Part shown: positions 1 through 8,797 of the stretch, in pieces | How positions within the stretch are numbered: position 1 is the first letter of the stretch | Layout of the letters: every line of letters starts with the position of its first letter | Virus record (IMG/VR): IMGVR_UViG_3300008952_003220 | Location: 32,001-96,000 of that record | DNA length: 64,000 bases | From: a virus | Direction: 5' to 3' (one strand) | Translations under genes and position numbers: made by a program | Notes under the pieces: model-generated | The model's database searches: none | The model's input: the letters and a program-made list of their open reading frames with translations, nothing else | What the model was told of the DNA's origin: nothing

Positions 1-66
1 TTTGGAATGTCAGGAAGCGACGGTTCTCCCACAGTCTCTGAGGTCCATGAGAGAAGAAGACTCTAA
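1..66 (+). CDS. 3' end of a CDS starting before the window
   Basis: Frame 1 reads FGMSGSDGSPTVSEVHERRRL then TAA, overlapping the next ATG (TAATG). Confidence 0.55.
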   Translation, partial: FGMSGSDGSPTVSEVHERRRL

Positions 67-422
67 TGACAATTATTTCAAGAGGCTTTGGGTCAACAAG
101 CTCTAACATTATTGGGCACGGCTTCGGGCCAGATCCCGTGACTGTGGCTGCTGTTGAAGAAGAGCTTAGAAGGACAGGAAGATCAAGCAGAAGATTTGAA
201 CCACTATTTCAGCCTCCAAAGTTTGATGTCTATAAGCTCACAGCAATTTTATCATCTGTAAATGATTTAAAAATAGATCCTCCAATTAAATCTACAATTA
301 GCACAATAGTTGATGATAGTGATGAGTTTACTGTAAGTCACAAGGGTCAGATTAGAATTACAAAGACAAAGCCAAAAGAGGGAATATTTATTAAAGTTAT
401 CAAACTCTTTAAGAGAGAATAA
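66..422 (+). CDS. hypothetical protein
   Basis: 118-aa ORF, translationally coupled to the upstream gene. Confidence 0.7.
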   Translation: MTIISRGFGSTSSNIIGHGFGPDPVTVAAVEEELRRTGRSSRRFEPLFQPPKFDVYKLTAILSSVNDLKIDPPIKSTISTIVDDSDEFTVSHKGQIRITKTKPKEGIFIKVIKLFKRE

Positions 423-425
423 AAA

Positions 426-1052
426 ATGCAAAAAATAGACTTAGATCTTGACAAAGAAAACGAACTTGTCTTTAGACTAGCAATAGAGGGAACAAAGCCT
501 GCATCACCAAAAAGTAGATTTATGCTTGAAACAGAAGATTTTTCTCTATCATTCCCGTCTCAGCGCCATAGTGGCGGAGAAGTAACTATATTAATACCAT
601 CTCTTCAAAATGTTATAAAAGAGGGAGTTTATTCAGGTTCGCTTGAAGTGATCATAGATGATAGAGTTTTTACTCCAATTAAAATTGACACAAATTTTAA
701 AAAATCTGTTAGCGTAGTTGCTGAAGCTGTTATACCTAAGAAAAGAGAGACTCAGGTATCTGTCTCTTCAGTAGTGGCTGTAAACAGACAAGAATCACAA
801 GTCTTGAATAGAAATTCAGGATCACAAAAGAAAGAAAATAAAAAGAATCAAATCAATGAGTCTTTACCTTCTAGGGCCGGACCTCCCCAGAGAACAAGGG
901 CTCGTCCACCGCAAAATCTAAGAAGAAAGACAAATGATGAAAATAGAATGCTAGAGTCAAAGATTAGAATGCTTGCTAAAAAGAAGAAAATTTCCCTATC
1001 ATCAGAACAGGTTATGGAAATAATTAAAAAATATAAAACTACTAACAGCTAG
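426..1052 (+). CDS. hypothetical protein (beta-rich N-domain, basic low-complexity tail), possibly virion-associated
   Basis: 208-aa ORF in operon context. Confidence 0.7.
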   Translation: MQKIDLDLDKENELVFRLAIEGTKPASPKSRFMLETEDFSLSFPSQRHSGGEVTILIPSLQNVIKEGVYSGSLEVIIDDRVFTPIKIDTNFKKSVSVVAEAVIPKKRETQVSVSSVVAVNRQESQVLNRNSGSQKKENKKNQINESLPSRAGPPQRTRARPPQNLRRKTNDENRMLESKIRMLAKKKKISLSSEQVMEIIKKYKTTNS

Positions 1053-1063
1053 AGGATTTTCTC

Positions 1064-1297
1064 ATGATATTATATTGTTATCTTGCAGTAGCTTTTATTC
1101 TTTTAGTCTCTTACCTTCTTAGAATTGAATCTTGTCAATTTGATCTAAGAATTTCGAGATCAAGAGAAACAAAGGCTCTTATGAAGAGAAAGATTGATAA
1201 AAGTATTCAAGATATTAAACTAGTTCTTATTTGGCCATTATTACTATACAGACTTGTTATTGAGTCTATCAACGCAATTAAAGATTCAAAGTTATAA
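1064..1297 (+). CDS. small membrane protein
   Basis: Hydrophobic N-terminus and a second hydrophobic stretch; GAGGA RBS. Confidence 0.65.
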   Translation: MILYCYLAVAFILLVSYLLRIESCQFDLRISRSRETKALMKRKIDKSIQDIKLVLIWPLLLYRLVIESINAIKDSKL

Positions 1298-2028
1298 TGA
1301 CTAATGTGAGAGTCTCAAATAGATCTCTCCTCTTAATAAAATATCTCGATGAAGAGCTTAGAGAGTGTCAAGCTTCTTGTGAAGTCGCTCGACAAGAAAT
1401 GGAATCTAGAATAAGACAGCTTCATTTTGATCTTAACGTTTTTGATTCCGACTTAGATAAGGGCTACCAAGAATTAGACTCTAATAGTCATAAACAGACA
1501 TTAGAAGATGGGTCAGGATGCTCTGATAATAGTCTAGGTGAAGATTGTGAAATTTCTAAAAAATCTAAATCTCACCCACCCTGGGCTAAAAAACTATTCA
1601 AGAAAATTGTCTTTTTAACACACCCAGATAAGATTCCATCCGCCCTAAATAGTGACATGAAGGATAGACTTGTTAGCCAATATCAGCTAGCAAAAGAATC
1701 AATAGACAGCTATGAATATGTTTCTGTGGCTATTATAGCATTTGATTTAGATATTTCTCCAATTGAGATTGACTTTAGCGATTCTGATATATTTAAGAAA
1801 AAAGAGAAAGAGATTTCAAATAAGATAGCTTCACTTAAGCGTACGATTTATTGGACTTGGTCAAACTCTAGTGATAGTCAAAGAGAACAAATAATGAACC
1901 AGTTTTTAAAGTCTAGAGGGTGGGACACTTCTGAAAGCATGAGAAAAAAATCTAGAAAGGGATCCGGAAACCATCCTGGAAAATCTATTTCATGGATAAG
2001 AAAGCTAGAAAAAACAACAGATTCTTAG
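1297..2028 (+). CDS. J-domain-containing protein
   Basis: KKLFKKIVFLTHPDK helix plus HPD motif. Confidence 0.65.
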   Translation: MTNVRVSNRSLLLIKYLDEELRECQASCEVARQEMESRIRQLHFDLNVFDSDLDKGYQELDSNSHKQTLEDGSGCSDNSLGEDCEISKKSKSHPPWAKKLFKKIVFLTHPDKIPSALNSDMKDRLVSQYQLAKESIDSYEYVSVAIIAFDLDISPIEIDFSDSDIFKKKEKEISNKIASLKRTIYWTWSNSSDSQREQIMNQFLKSRGWDTSESMRKKSRKGSGNHPGKSISWIRKLEKTTDS

Positions 2029-2047
2029 TAAGTAGATTTGGTATCCG

Positions 2048-2707
2048 CTAGCTATTAAACTTCCGCAGCCTAGCAACACCGTCAGTCACAGTCACATATG
2101 TCTGATGTGTGACCCAGTCACCTGCATTAATATAGGTCTTAATATTTTGATCTTCATCAACCCAGATTAAAGCCTCTGGTATGTGCGTATGACCCATAAT
2201 GAATACATCAATCTTCGGATGATGTCGAAGAATATTGATAATGCTTCTTAGCTTATGCTTTTTAATTTGAATCTCTGTCCACCACGTTGTGAAGTCAAAG
2301 TTGAAAGTGAATTCTAGCATGTTTTGAACTATAGAAAGAAATTTAACAAACACTCTATTTGCAAGAGCTCCTTTTTCATATATGTCACCATGCTCAACTC
2401 TAAACTTTCTGTTGCCTTCCTCGAAGTCATATCTTTTCACGAATGTGACATTAAAGAATGTCTTTCCGATAACATTGACTAAGCTTTCATCGTGATTTCC
2501 TACGACGTATATTATTCTTTTATTGTAGTCTATTGCCTCTATGATTTCCATACATCGTTCTGTAAATACTGGTATCTTAATAAAGTCAATAATGTCACCA
2601 GCTAAAATCAGCTGATCGTAGTCTTCGGATTTAAGAAAGCTGAGAAGAGAATTAGACTTATAGAACTTTGTTCCAATATGAGTGTCTGATATGATTACTC
2701 TCTTCAT
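2048..2707 (-). CDS. calcineurin-like metallophosphoesterase (LpxH-like family)
   Basis: SDTH, GDIID, GNHD, EHGD and GHTH motifs. Confidence 0.9.
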   Translation of the reverse strand: MKRVIISDTHIGTKFYKSNSLLSFLKSEDYDQLILAGDIIDFIKIPVFTERCMEIIEAIDYNKRIIYVVGNHDESLVNVIGKTFFNVTFVKRYDFEEGNRKFRVEHGDIYEKGALANRVFVKFLSIVQNMLEFTFNFDFTTWWTEIQIKKHKLRSIINILRHHPKIDVFIMGHTHIPEALIWVDEDQNIKTYINAGDWVTHQTYVTVTDGVARLRKFNS

Positions 2708-2894
2708 GTTTTAGATATGCCCTAAGAATATTTATATTATACACCAGGCGCATTGAATTAAAAACATTAATACAGTTTTAGATTTGATGTTTATAATCAA
2801 AAAGTCAATTCAATTGAATTGAAAAAGCTAGATAGAAATAAGAGATAGAAGAATTATATTTTTGTCTAGTGAGTTCAAAAAATAGGGAGAAACA

Positions 2895-3158
2895 ATGAAC
2901 GAATATAGACTTTCTGATGAAGTGATTGCACAGATCGCCAAGATTATCCAGGTTGCAATCTTGACAGGCACAGACGTCGTTGATAATCTTAGAATGATGA
3001 GAGTTACAAACTCAAGTGATGAAGAAAGCGTCCTTACACTTACAGACGGGTACAAAGACATGAGTGAAAGCCAGATAGCTGATTTGCTTGAAAAGGCTTC
3101 TCAAGCCTCTGAAATGACTATGGCAGACGCGCTTGAGATCGAGGGAGATCTAAATTGA
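2895..3158 (+). CDS. hypothetical protein
   Basis: 87-aa ORF with GGGAG RBS. Confidence 0.75.
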   Translation: MNEYRLSDEVIAQIAKIIQVAILTGTDVVDNLRMMRVTNSSDEESVLTLTDGYKDMSESQIADLLEKASQASEMTMADALEIEGDLN

Positions 3159-3532
3159 ATGACGACAGGCTTCGAGTCATGTTTGATCTAAGAGAGAGGT
3201 TTATGCTATCGCTTAAGGAGAAGTTCCCCGACGCTTACCCAGCTTGGCCGCTTGACCTAAGTAAGAAAAGTGATCAACAGCTTTGTAGAGATATGGCACT
3301 AAGAGGAGTTGAAGAGATGTTTGAAGCATTACAGCACCTTAAGAACTGGAAGCCTCATCGACAGACAGAAGTTAGTGAGTTTGATCATGATGCTTTTTTA
3401 GAAGAGGTAGTCGATGCATTTAATTACTTTTTTTCTTTGATCATTTTATCAGGAAGCTCAGCAGATGACCTATATAATTCTTATATAAAGAAGGACTTCA
3501 TTATACATGAGCGCCTCGATAAAGGATACTAG
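3155..3532 (+). CDS. all-alpha dNTP pyrophosphatase (dimeric dUTPase / T4 gp56 dCTPase-like, MazG superfamily)
   Basis: EEMFE...KNWK...EEVVD acidic and WK motifs. Confidence 0.8.
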   Translation: MNDDRLRVMFDLRERFMLSLKEKFPDAYPAWPLDLSKKSDQQLCRDMALRGVEEMFEALQHLKNWKPHRQTEVSEFDHDAFLEEVVDAFNYFFSLIILSGSSADDLYNSYIKKDFIIHERLDKGY

Positions 3533-3830
3533 CTTTGCAAAGATAAAGCTAGAAACATGCCATCAAGACCCTATCTGTTTTTCTTCCCCCAAAGAGCTTA
3601 AAAAAATATTAAGTGAAACTAATGAAAAAATACATACCGGTGTGATAGAATTTACATGTAATGAGGGGTCTAGGCCTCTTGTTGATGAACGTGGATATAC
3701 ACAAATGTCTTCTTTGGTCTTTGATCAGACGCATTCAGATGCTATTATATCCGCTTTTAAAGATGTTTTTCTGAGGGGGAAAAATGAAAACCAATCTATC
3801 GAGCCTGTTTCAGACACAAAAGCAGTTTAA
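3507..3830 (+). CDS. hypothetical protein
   Basis: 107-aa ORF filling the gap, overlapping both neighbours. Confidence 0.5.
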   Translation: MSASIKDTSFAKIKLETCHQDPICFSSPKELKKILSETNEKIHTGVIEFTCNEGSRPLVDERGYTQMSSLVFDQTHSDAIISAFKDVFLRGKNENQSIEPVSDTKAV

Positions 3831-4731
3831 TGATCTATTTTTCAATAGAGATAACTTAAGTCAAATTGAAAAAGAGGAGATTACTAAGTCGCTATCTTTG
3901 GCATTGCACTCTGAGATATCTTCAATGATATCTGGAATTAACTTTAAGGATCATAAGTGCAGCCGAATCGAGATAGACGTCAATAAGATTCTTTACGAGT
4001 CGGTCGATGCATTCAGATATATCATAGCAATTATGAACCTTTGGGGAATATCTCATGATCAATTTACTGATGCATTTGATGATAAGGATCTCTACCTCAA
4101 GACCTGTCACAAGATAGAAAGAAATACCTGGGACGGTCGACCTGTCTTGATAGTCGACATGGATGATGTCATCGTTGGATTTAGAGATGGATTTATTGGA
4201 TGGCTTCGAGATAGATACGCTGTTCATGTGGATCCAGAATGTCCAGAGTACTATACTACCACCGCAGTGAAGGAAAAGGGTCTTAATCCGGAGTCAGTTT
4301 TCTTTAGCTTTATTTCTGAAAGAAAACTTCGAGATCTAGAGCCGATCGGAAACATGATTCAAATTTTAAATAAGCTTCACGATTTAGGATACTGGATTCA
4401 GCTGCTTACAGCTCGACCTGAGGAGAATCTTCTCTGTTGTTATGATACATACAGATGGCTTGAGTCATCTGGCCTAAAGTATGATAGGCTTAACTTTAGC
4501 GGAGAAAAATATCGATGGCTTGCTCAGTCAGAATATTATGATACTGGGTCAATCGTTTGTGCCATTGATGATTCGCCTAAGCACTCTGCAGAGTATGCCA
4601 AGCATGGTATCAACGTTATCTCCCCTTTGACATCTTATAATAGAGAGCTTGAAACTGTTGATAGGGTCAGGTTTTATGCTGATGATTCAGATGTTTTAGA
4701 GATGATAAGGGAATTATCAAAAAACGTGTAG
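3784..4731 (+). CDS. fusion of a MazG/dUTPase-like N-domain and a HAD 5'(3')-deoxyribonucleotidase
   Basis: N-term SEISS...ESVD; C-term DMDDV, LLTAR and IDDSP HAD motifs. Confidence 0.8.
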   Translation: MKTNLSSLFQTQKQFNDLFFNRDNLSQIEKEEITKSLSLALHSEISSMISGINFKDHKCSRIEIDVNKILYESVDAFRYIIAIMNLWGISHDQFTDAFDDKDLYLKTCHKIERNTWDGRPVLIVDMDDVIVGFRDGFIGWLRDRYAVHVDPECPEYYTTTAVKEKGLNPESVFFSFISERKLRDLEPIGNMIQILNKLHDLGYWIQLLTARPEENLLCCYDTYRWLESSGLKYDRLNFSGEKYRWLAQSEYYDTGSIVCAIDDSPKHSAEYAKHGINVISPLTSYNRELETVDRVRFYADDSDVLEMIRELSKNV

Positions 4732-4754
4732 CTTTGGCTTATGTTTGGTATAAT
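4726..4754 (+). promoter_or_regulatory. GTGTAG-N17-TATAAT promoter (class A)
   Basis: Matches a motif seen at 13 intergenic sites. Confidence 0.7.
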
Positions 4755-4795
4755 GTAGTTGTGGAAATTATTTCACTTTTTAGGAGAATATAGTA

Positions 4796-5266
4796 ATGCG
4801 TAAATTGTTTTTTGGTAGTCTTGTTCTATCTTTTCTTGTTGCAGGGTCATCTTTTGCAGACAGCCCGACAGCACCTACAGAAAAAAAGACAGTAGTTTCT
4901 GAAAAGTCGACAGAGCTGCCTTCAACTCGACTAGATCGTTCAGAGTTTACAATGTGTCGATCTGAAATCGAAAATGAATCGACAAAGTTTTATAATATTG
5001 GCAGCATGTGTGCTGATGGCCTTTTCGCTCTGATGGAGGGGCGGGGCTGTGAGAATATCGTTCACGAAACTGCAGCCGGTGGATGGACATATCACTACTG
5101 CGCAGAGGCGGATACATGCGACCGTCTACACAACAGCGTGTTTGTAGTTGCTTCTGTTGATCTTAACATTCCAGAAATTTTCCCTGTAGAAGATTATGAA
5201 ATGTGGTGTATGGATAACAATTATGCAATTCTTCGTCAGCCCATTGAGAGTGATCTTGAAGAATAG
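4796..5266 (+). CDS. secreted Cys-rich protein
   Basis: Sec signal peptide (..SSFA|DS), six Cys, own promoter and terminator. Confidence 0.75.
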   Translation: MRKLFFGSLVLSFLVAGSSFADSPTAPTEKKTVVSEKSTELPSTRLDRSEFTMCRSEIENESTKFYNIGSMCADGLFALMEGRGCENIVHETAAGGWTYHYCAEADTCDRLHNSVFVVASVDLNIPEIFPVEDYEMWCMDNNYAILRQPIESDLEE

Positions 5267-5291
5267 ATACATTTTATAAAACCTAATAATT

Positions 5292-5317
5292 GAGCTGGCT
5301 TTGCCAGCTCTTTTTTT
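5292..5317 (+). terminator. intrinsic terminator
   Basis: GAGCTGGC-TTT-GCCAGCTC followed by T7. Confidence 0.85.
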
Positions 5318-5380
5318 ATTTATCTTTAATACAGATTCGATGTCTTTGTTATAATATTTTATTACCACATGAGGAGAAAA

Positions 5381-6355
5381 ATGCCCCAAAATAAAAATCT
5401 AGAACCCGTTAATCTTCCAATGACACTAAGATTTGATGAGGAGCCTACTACAGAGTTTCTTAATGATCTAGATGCCTTAACCATTGAGCTAGTAGATCAT
5501 CCTACAGCTGAGCAGATGAGAGACGTTGCTTGGAGGTACGTGAAGGCAACCTGGGCAGATGACCCAGACTTTACAAATCCATCAGGTGTATCACAGGAGG
5601 ACCTAAGTGAAAATCTTGAGGACGTTCTTTGTTTTCGAGCCTTACCGACCCCGATGGAGATTTTTAGCTTTACATTTAAGTTTGCAGGAATTGATCTCCA
5701 GACAGTGACTCATCTTATTCGTCACCGAGCAGGCTCGTGGGCAGCACAGTGCACAGGGGACAGGTTTCTTCATCACGAGCCCTGTCTCGTTCCAAGCGCT
5801 GTCGAGAACAGTCCAGACCTTTATCGTCGATGGAAGCGTCATGTAGAGGATGCTAAGCAGCTTTACGCAGACATGGTTGATACCCGTCAGATCTCAATGA
5901 TGGATGCAAGAACCATTCTTCCCAAGTGTCTCTCAACATTCTACTACGGTCGCTTCAATCTCAAGGACATCATCGGCTTTGTCAAGCAGCGCTCAGACAA
6001 GCAGATCCAACCTTCAGTTGATAATCTTATTGCTGCTAAGATGGCTGCAGAGATTATCAAGGTTCTTCCTGAGGCAAGTGCTGTAATTGGAACAAGGACA
6101 CTCACAAGCCCGGCATGGCACTATATCAAGAATGTTCGTGCTGGAACCGGAACTAATCTTTACTGGCCAGATGATGACAGTGATGAGCACATTGAATATC
6201 ATCCAAATGATACAATCTATCAGGCTCATCGATATGATCTAAATGGAACAAATCCATCTGATGATGAGGCTGATGGAAACACTAAGTTTAGACAGATGTG
6301 GAACAGTCTAATAGAAGAAATCTCTATACTTGAAGCGATGTACAGGGATTCTTAA
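5381..6355 (+). CDS. ThyX-fold flavin-dependent nucleotide-modifying enzyme (divergent)
   Basis: HLIRHR and DARTILP motifs; RHR-X7-C instead of RHR-X7-S; start moved to the ATG after GAGGAG. Confidence 0.8.
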   Translation: MPQNKNLEPVNLPMTLRFDEEPTTEFLNDLDALTIELVDHPTAEQMRDVAWRYVKATWADDPDFTNPSGVSQEDLSENLEDVLCFRALPTPMEIFSFTFKFAGIDLQTVTHLIRHRAGSWAAQCTGDRFLHHEPCLVPSAVENSPDLYRRWKRHVEDAKQLYADMVDTRQISMMDARTILPKCLSTFYYGRFNLKDIIGFVKQRSDKQIQPSVDNLIAAKMAAEIIKVLPEASAVIGTRTLTSPAWHYIKNVRAGTGTNLYWPDDDSDEHIEYHPNDTIYQAHRYDLNGTNPSDDEADGNTKFRQMWNSLIEEISILEAMYRDS

Positions 6356-7160
6356 ATTGAATCAAGACAACTTCCAGATCGGGAGCTGGCTCCGTGTTAA
6401 GGACGGAAGTGTTCTTACAAAGACGCTTCCCAGTGTCTTAGATTGCTTTTGTGAAAAACATCCCATGACGAGTGGTCCAGTAATAGATAGATTTGAAGAG
6501 GGAGAAGTTAGAAATATTGCCTTGTTTGGTCTTCCGGGATCTGGAACAACAGTCGTCTTACAAGTCGTTAATCACCTTGCTCCTAACAGAGCTGTAAGAT
6601 CTCATGAGTTCAAAGACACATGTCCTATGATTTTTAAGTTTAATAAAATATTTTATACAATTAGAAATCCATTTGATGTTTTTTCTTCTATGGCGAGAAG
6701 ATTTGTAGAAAACGATCCCTTAGTTGACTTTGATCGAGCAATGAAAGACTCACTTAGATTTATGAGATTTAATAAATATATTACCTCTATGAAAGGAATT
6801 ATAGATACACCTGATGTTGAAGTTTGCTTTTTAAGATACGAAGACTATTTTGACAATGAAGCAAAAAGGATAGAGGCCTTATCTAATTTTTTAAATCTTG
6901 ATTTAGACAATAATGAGATCTTAGAGATTGCCAGATTTTTTTCTGTAAACGAAAATATTAAAAGAGTGGAAAAAATATTTGGCAATCTAAATAGCACGGG
7001 TCCCAGACTTAAAGACAAAGAAAGTCAATTAAATTCAAATCACATAGGTCCATCAAGAGGCGCACCGGGTTCAGGGCAGAATCTAAGCAAAGAGATTCGA
7101 TCCATGATTTATGCAAAGCACCGGTGGTACTTTGATACCTTTAACTATGAAAATTTATAA
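6330..7160 (+). CDS. sulfotransferase family protein
   Basis: GLPGSGTT 5'-PSB loop, RNPFD..SS 3'-PB motif, LRYED. Confidence 0.75.
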   Translation: MKRCTGILKLNQDNFQIGSWLRVKDGSVLTKTLPSVLDCFCEKHPMTSGPVIDRFEEGEVRNIALFGLPGSGTTVVLQVVNHLAPNRAVRSHEFKDTCPMIFKFNKIFYTIRNPFDVFSSMARRFVENDPLVDFDRAMKDSLRFMRFNKYITSMKGIIDTPDVEVCFLRYEDYFDNEAKRIEALSNFLNLDLDNNEILEIARFFSVNENIKRVEKIFGNLNSTGPRLKDKESQLNSNHIGPSRGAPGSGQNLSKEIRSMIYAKHRWYFDTFNYENL

Positions 7161-7207
7161 TACACATATCTTAAAGATGATATGATTTTTTGAAAAGGAG
7201 AACTTAG

Positions 7208-7660
7208 ATGTTTAAGAAAAAAATATACCTTGCAGCGGGCTGGTTTAACCCAATTCAAGCTCTAGAGTTAACTCAGCTTGAAGAGGTTTGTGACAATAGA
7301 GACTGGATTGATCTTGCTAGTCCGAGGCGAATTTTTGTTTGTCCGCCAAATGCTCCAAAGCACGTTCAAGATGAAACGTTTGACGGAAACTTGCATCACA
7401 TTGAGACAGCAGATTTTCTTATTGTCAATACACGTGATAAAGATATTGGGACGATCTGGGAAGCAGGATATGCTTTTGCAAACAAGGTTCCGATCGTCTA
7501 TTTTTGCAATGGCCTTCCTGAAGGTGCTAAGTTTAATCTAATGCTTGCGAGAAGCGGTGTCAAGGTTTGCACTTCTTTTGAGCAGCTTGAAGATTATCTG
7601 GATCGATGTTTTGCTGATGGTGATCTTATCTGTGAGCCATACGACCAAGAAATTGAATAA
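7208..7660 (+). CDS. nucleoside 2-deoxyribosyltransferase / dNMP N-glycosidase family
   Basis: IYLAA-WF, D-GT-WE-GY and NLML motifs. Confidence 0.9.
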   Translation: MFKKKIYLAAGWFNPIQALELTQLEEVCDNRDWIDLASPRRIFVCPPNAPKHVQDETFDGNLHHIETADFLIVNTRDKDIGTIWEAGYAFANKVPIVYFCNGLPEGAKFNLMLARSGVKVCTSFEQLEDYLDRCFADGDLICEPYDQEIE

Positions 7661-7690
7661 ATTATAAAGATTTTATAATTAATTTTTAGA

Positions 7691-8749
7691 ATGTCTAATG
7701 ATTATTATCATGTTCTAGGGGTCTCAAAAGAGGCGACAGAAAAGGAGATAAAGGCGGCTTATAGAAAGCTAGCTATGAAATATCATCCTGATAAAAATCC
7801 AGACAATCCAAGTGCTGAGTCTAGATTTAAGGAAGTATCTGAAGCATATTCAGTTCTTTCAGATTCAGAAAAAAGATCTAACTATGACAGATTCGGGACA
7901 GCAAGTCCACATCACGGACACGGATTTTCTCATGAAGATATATTTAGCAGATTTTCTGACTTCTTTGGGGGTGATGGGTTTAGTGACTTCTTCGACGGAG
8001 GTCGGAGGCCAGCACATCGAAAGGGGTCAGATCTCCTTATCAGAGTTAGAGTTTCTCTTGATGAAGTCTTGGGTGGTTTAAAGAAAGAGATAAAACTCAA
8101 AAGAAGAGAAAATTGTGAACCCTGCAGCGCACAGGGCTTTAGGTCTGAAAGCGACGTTGCAAGGTGCTCAGATTGTGGTGGCTCCGGAGCTGTAACTCAG
8201 AATATGGGGTTTATGTCTTTTTCCTCAACCTGCGAGAGGTGCAACGGTCGCGGAGTGACAATCAAGAATAGATGCCAGACATGCGGTGGATCTGGAGAGG
8301 TTGTTGAGTCTAGAAGCATAAGCGTCAACATTCCACCCGGTGTGAGTTCAGGCACTAGAATGAAGCTATCTGGGCTAGGCCACCGTGATGCCGGAACAGA
8401 TATTCCAGGTGACGCCTATCTTGAGATTCTTGTTGATTCTCGTCCTGGATTAGAAAGAAAGGGATCAGATGTGCATAGCAAGATTACGATCTCATTTGGT
8501 GAGGCGGCTCTGGGCTGTGAGAAGAAGATAGCGACAGTTGAAGGTGACAGGGTTGTGATAATCAAGCCAGGGCTTCAGCCTGGATCAATGCTGTCTTTAA
8601 GTGGTCAGGGCTTACCTACTGAGATAGGCTCTCCTGTTAGGGGATCTCACATTCTTCACGTTAGTGTTTCTGTACCGTCTCAGCTTGATGCTGAGGAGCA
8701 AGCTCTAATTCAGCGCCTAGAAGAGATTAGAAAGTCTAAAGACGTGTAA
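7691..8749 (+). CDS. dnaJ: chaperone DnaJ
   Basis: J domain with HPD, G/F-rich linker, four CxxCxxxG-type zinc motifs, C-terminal domains. Confidence 0.95.
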   Translation: MSNDYYHVLGVSKEATEKEIKAAYRKLAMKYHPDKNPDNPSAESRFKEVSEAYSVLSDSEKRSNYDRFGTASPHHGHGFSHEDIFSRFSDFFGGDGFSDFFDGGRRPAHRKGSDLLIRVRVSLDEVLGGLKKEIKLKRRENCEPCSAQGFRSESDVARCSDCGGSGAVTQNMGFMSFSSTCERCNGRGVTIKNRCQTCGGSGEVVESRSISVNIPPGVSSGTRMKLSGLGHRDAGTDIPGDAYLEILVDSRPGLERKGSDVHSKITISFGEAALGCEKKIATVEGDRVVIIKPGLQPGSMLSLSGQGLPTEIGSPVRGSHILHVSVSVPSQLDAEEQALIQRLEEIRKSKDV

Positions 8750-8772
8750 ACCTCTCTAATCTGTGTTACAAT
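8744..8772 (+). promoter_or_regulatory. GTGTAA-N17-TACAAT promoter of the polymerase gene
   Basis: Class A consensus. Confidence 0.7.
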
Positions 8773-8797
8773 TATAGCAACATAAGAAAGGATAAGA

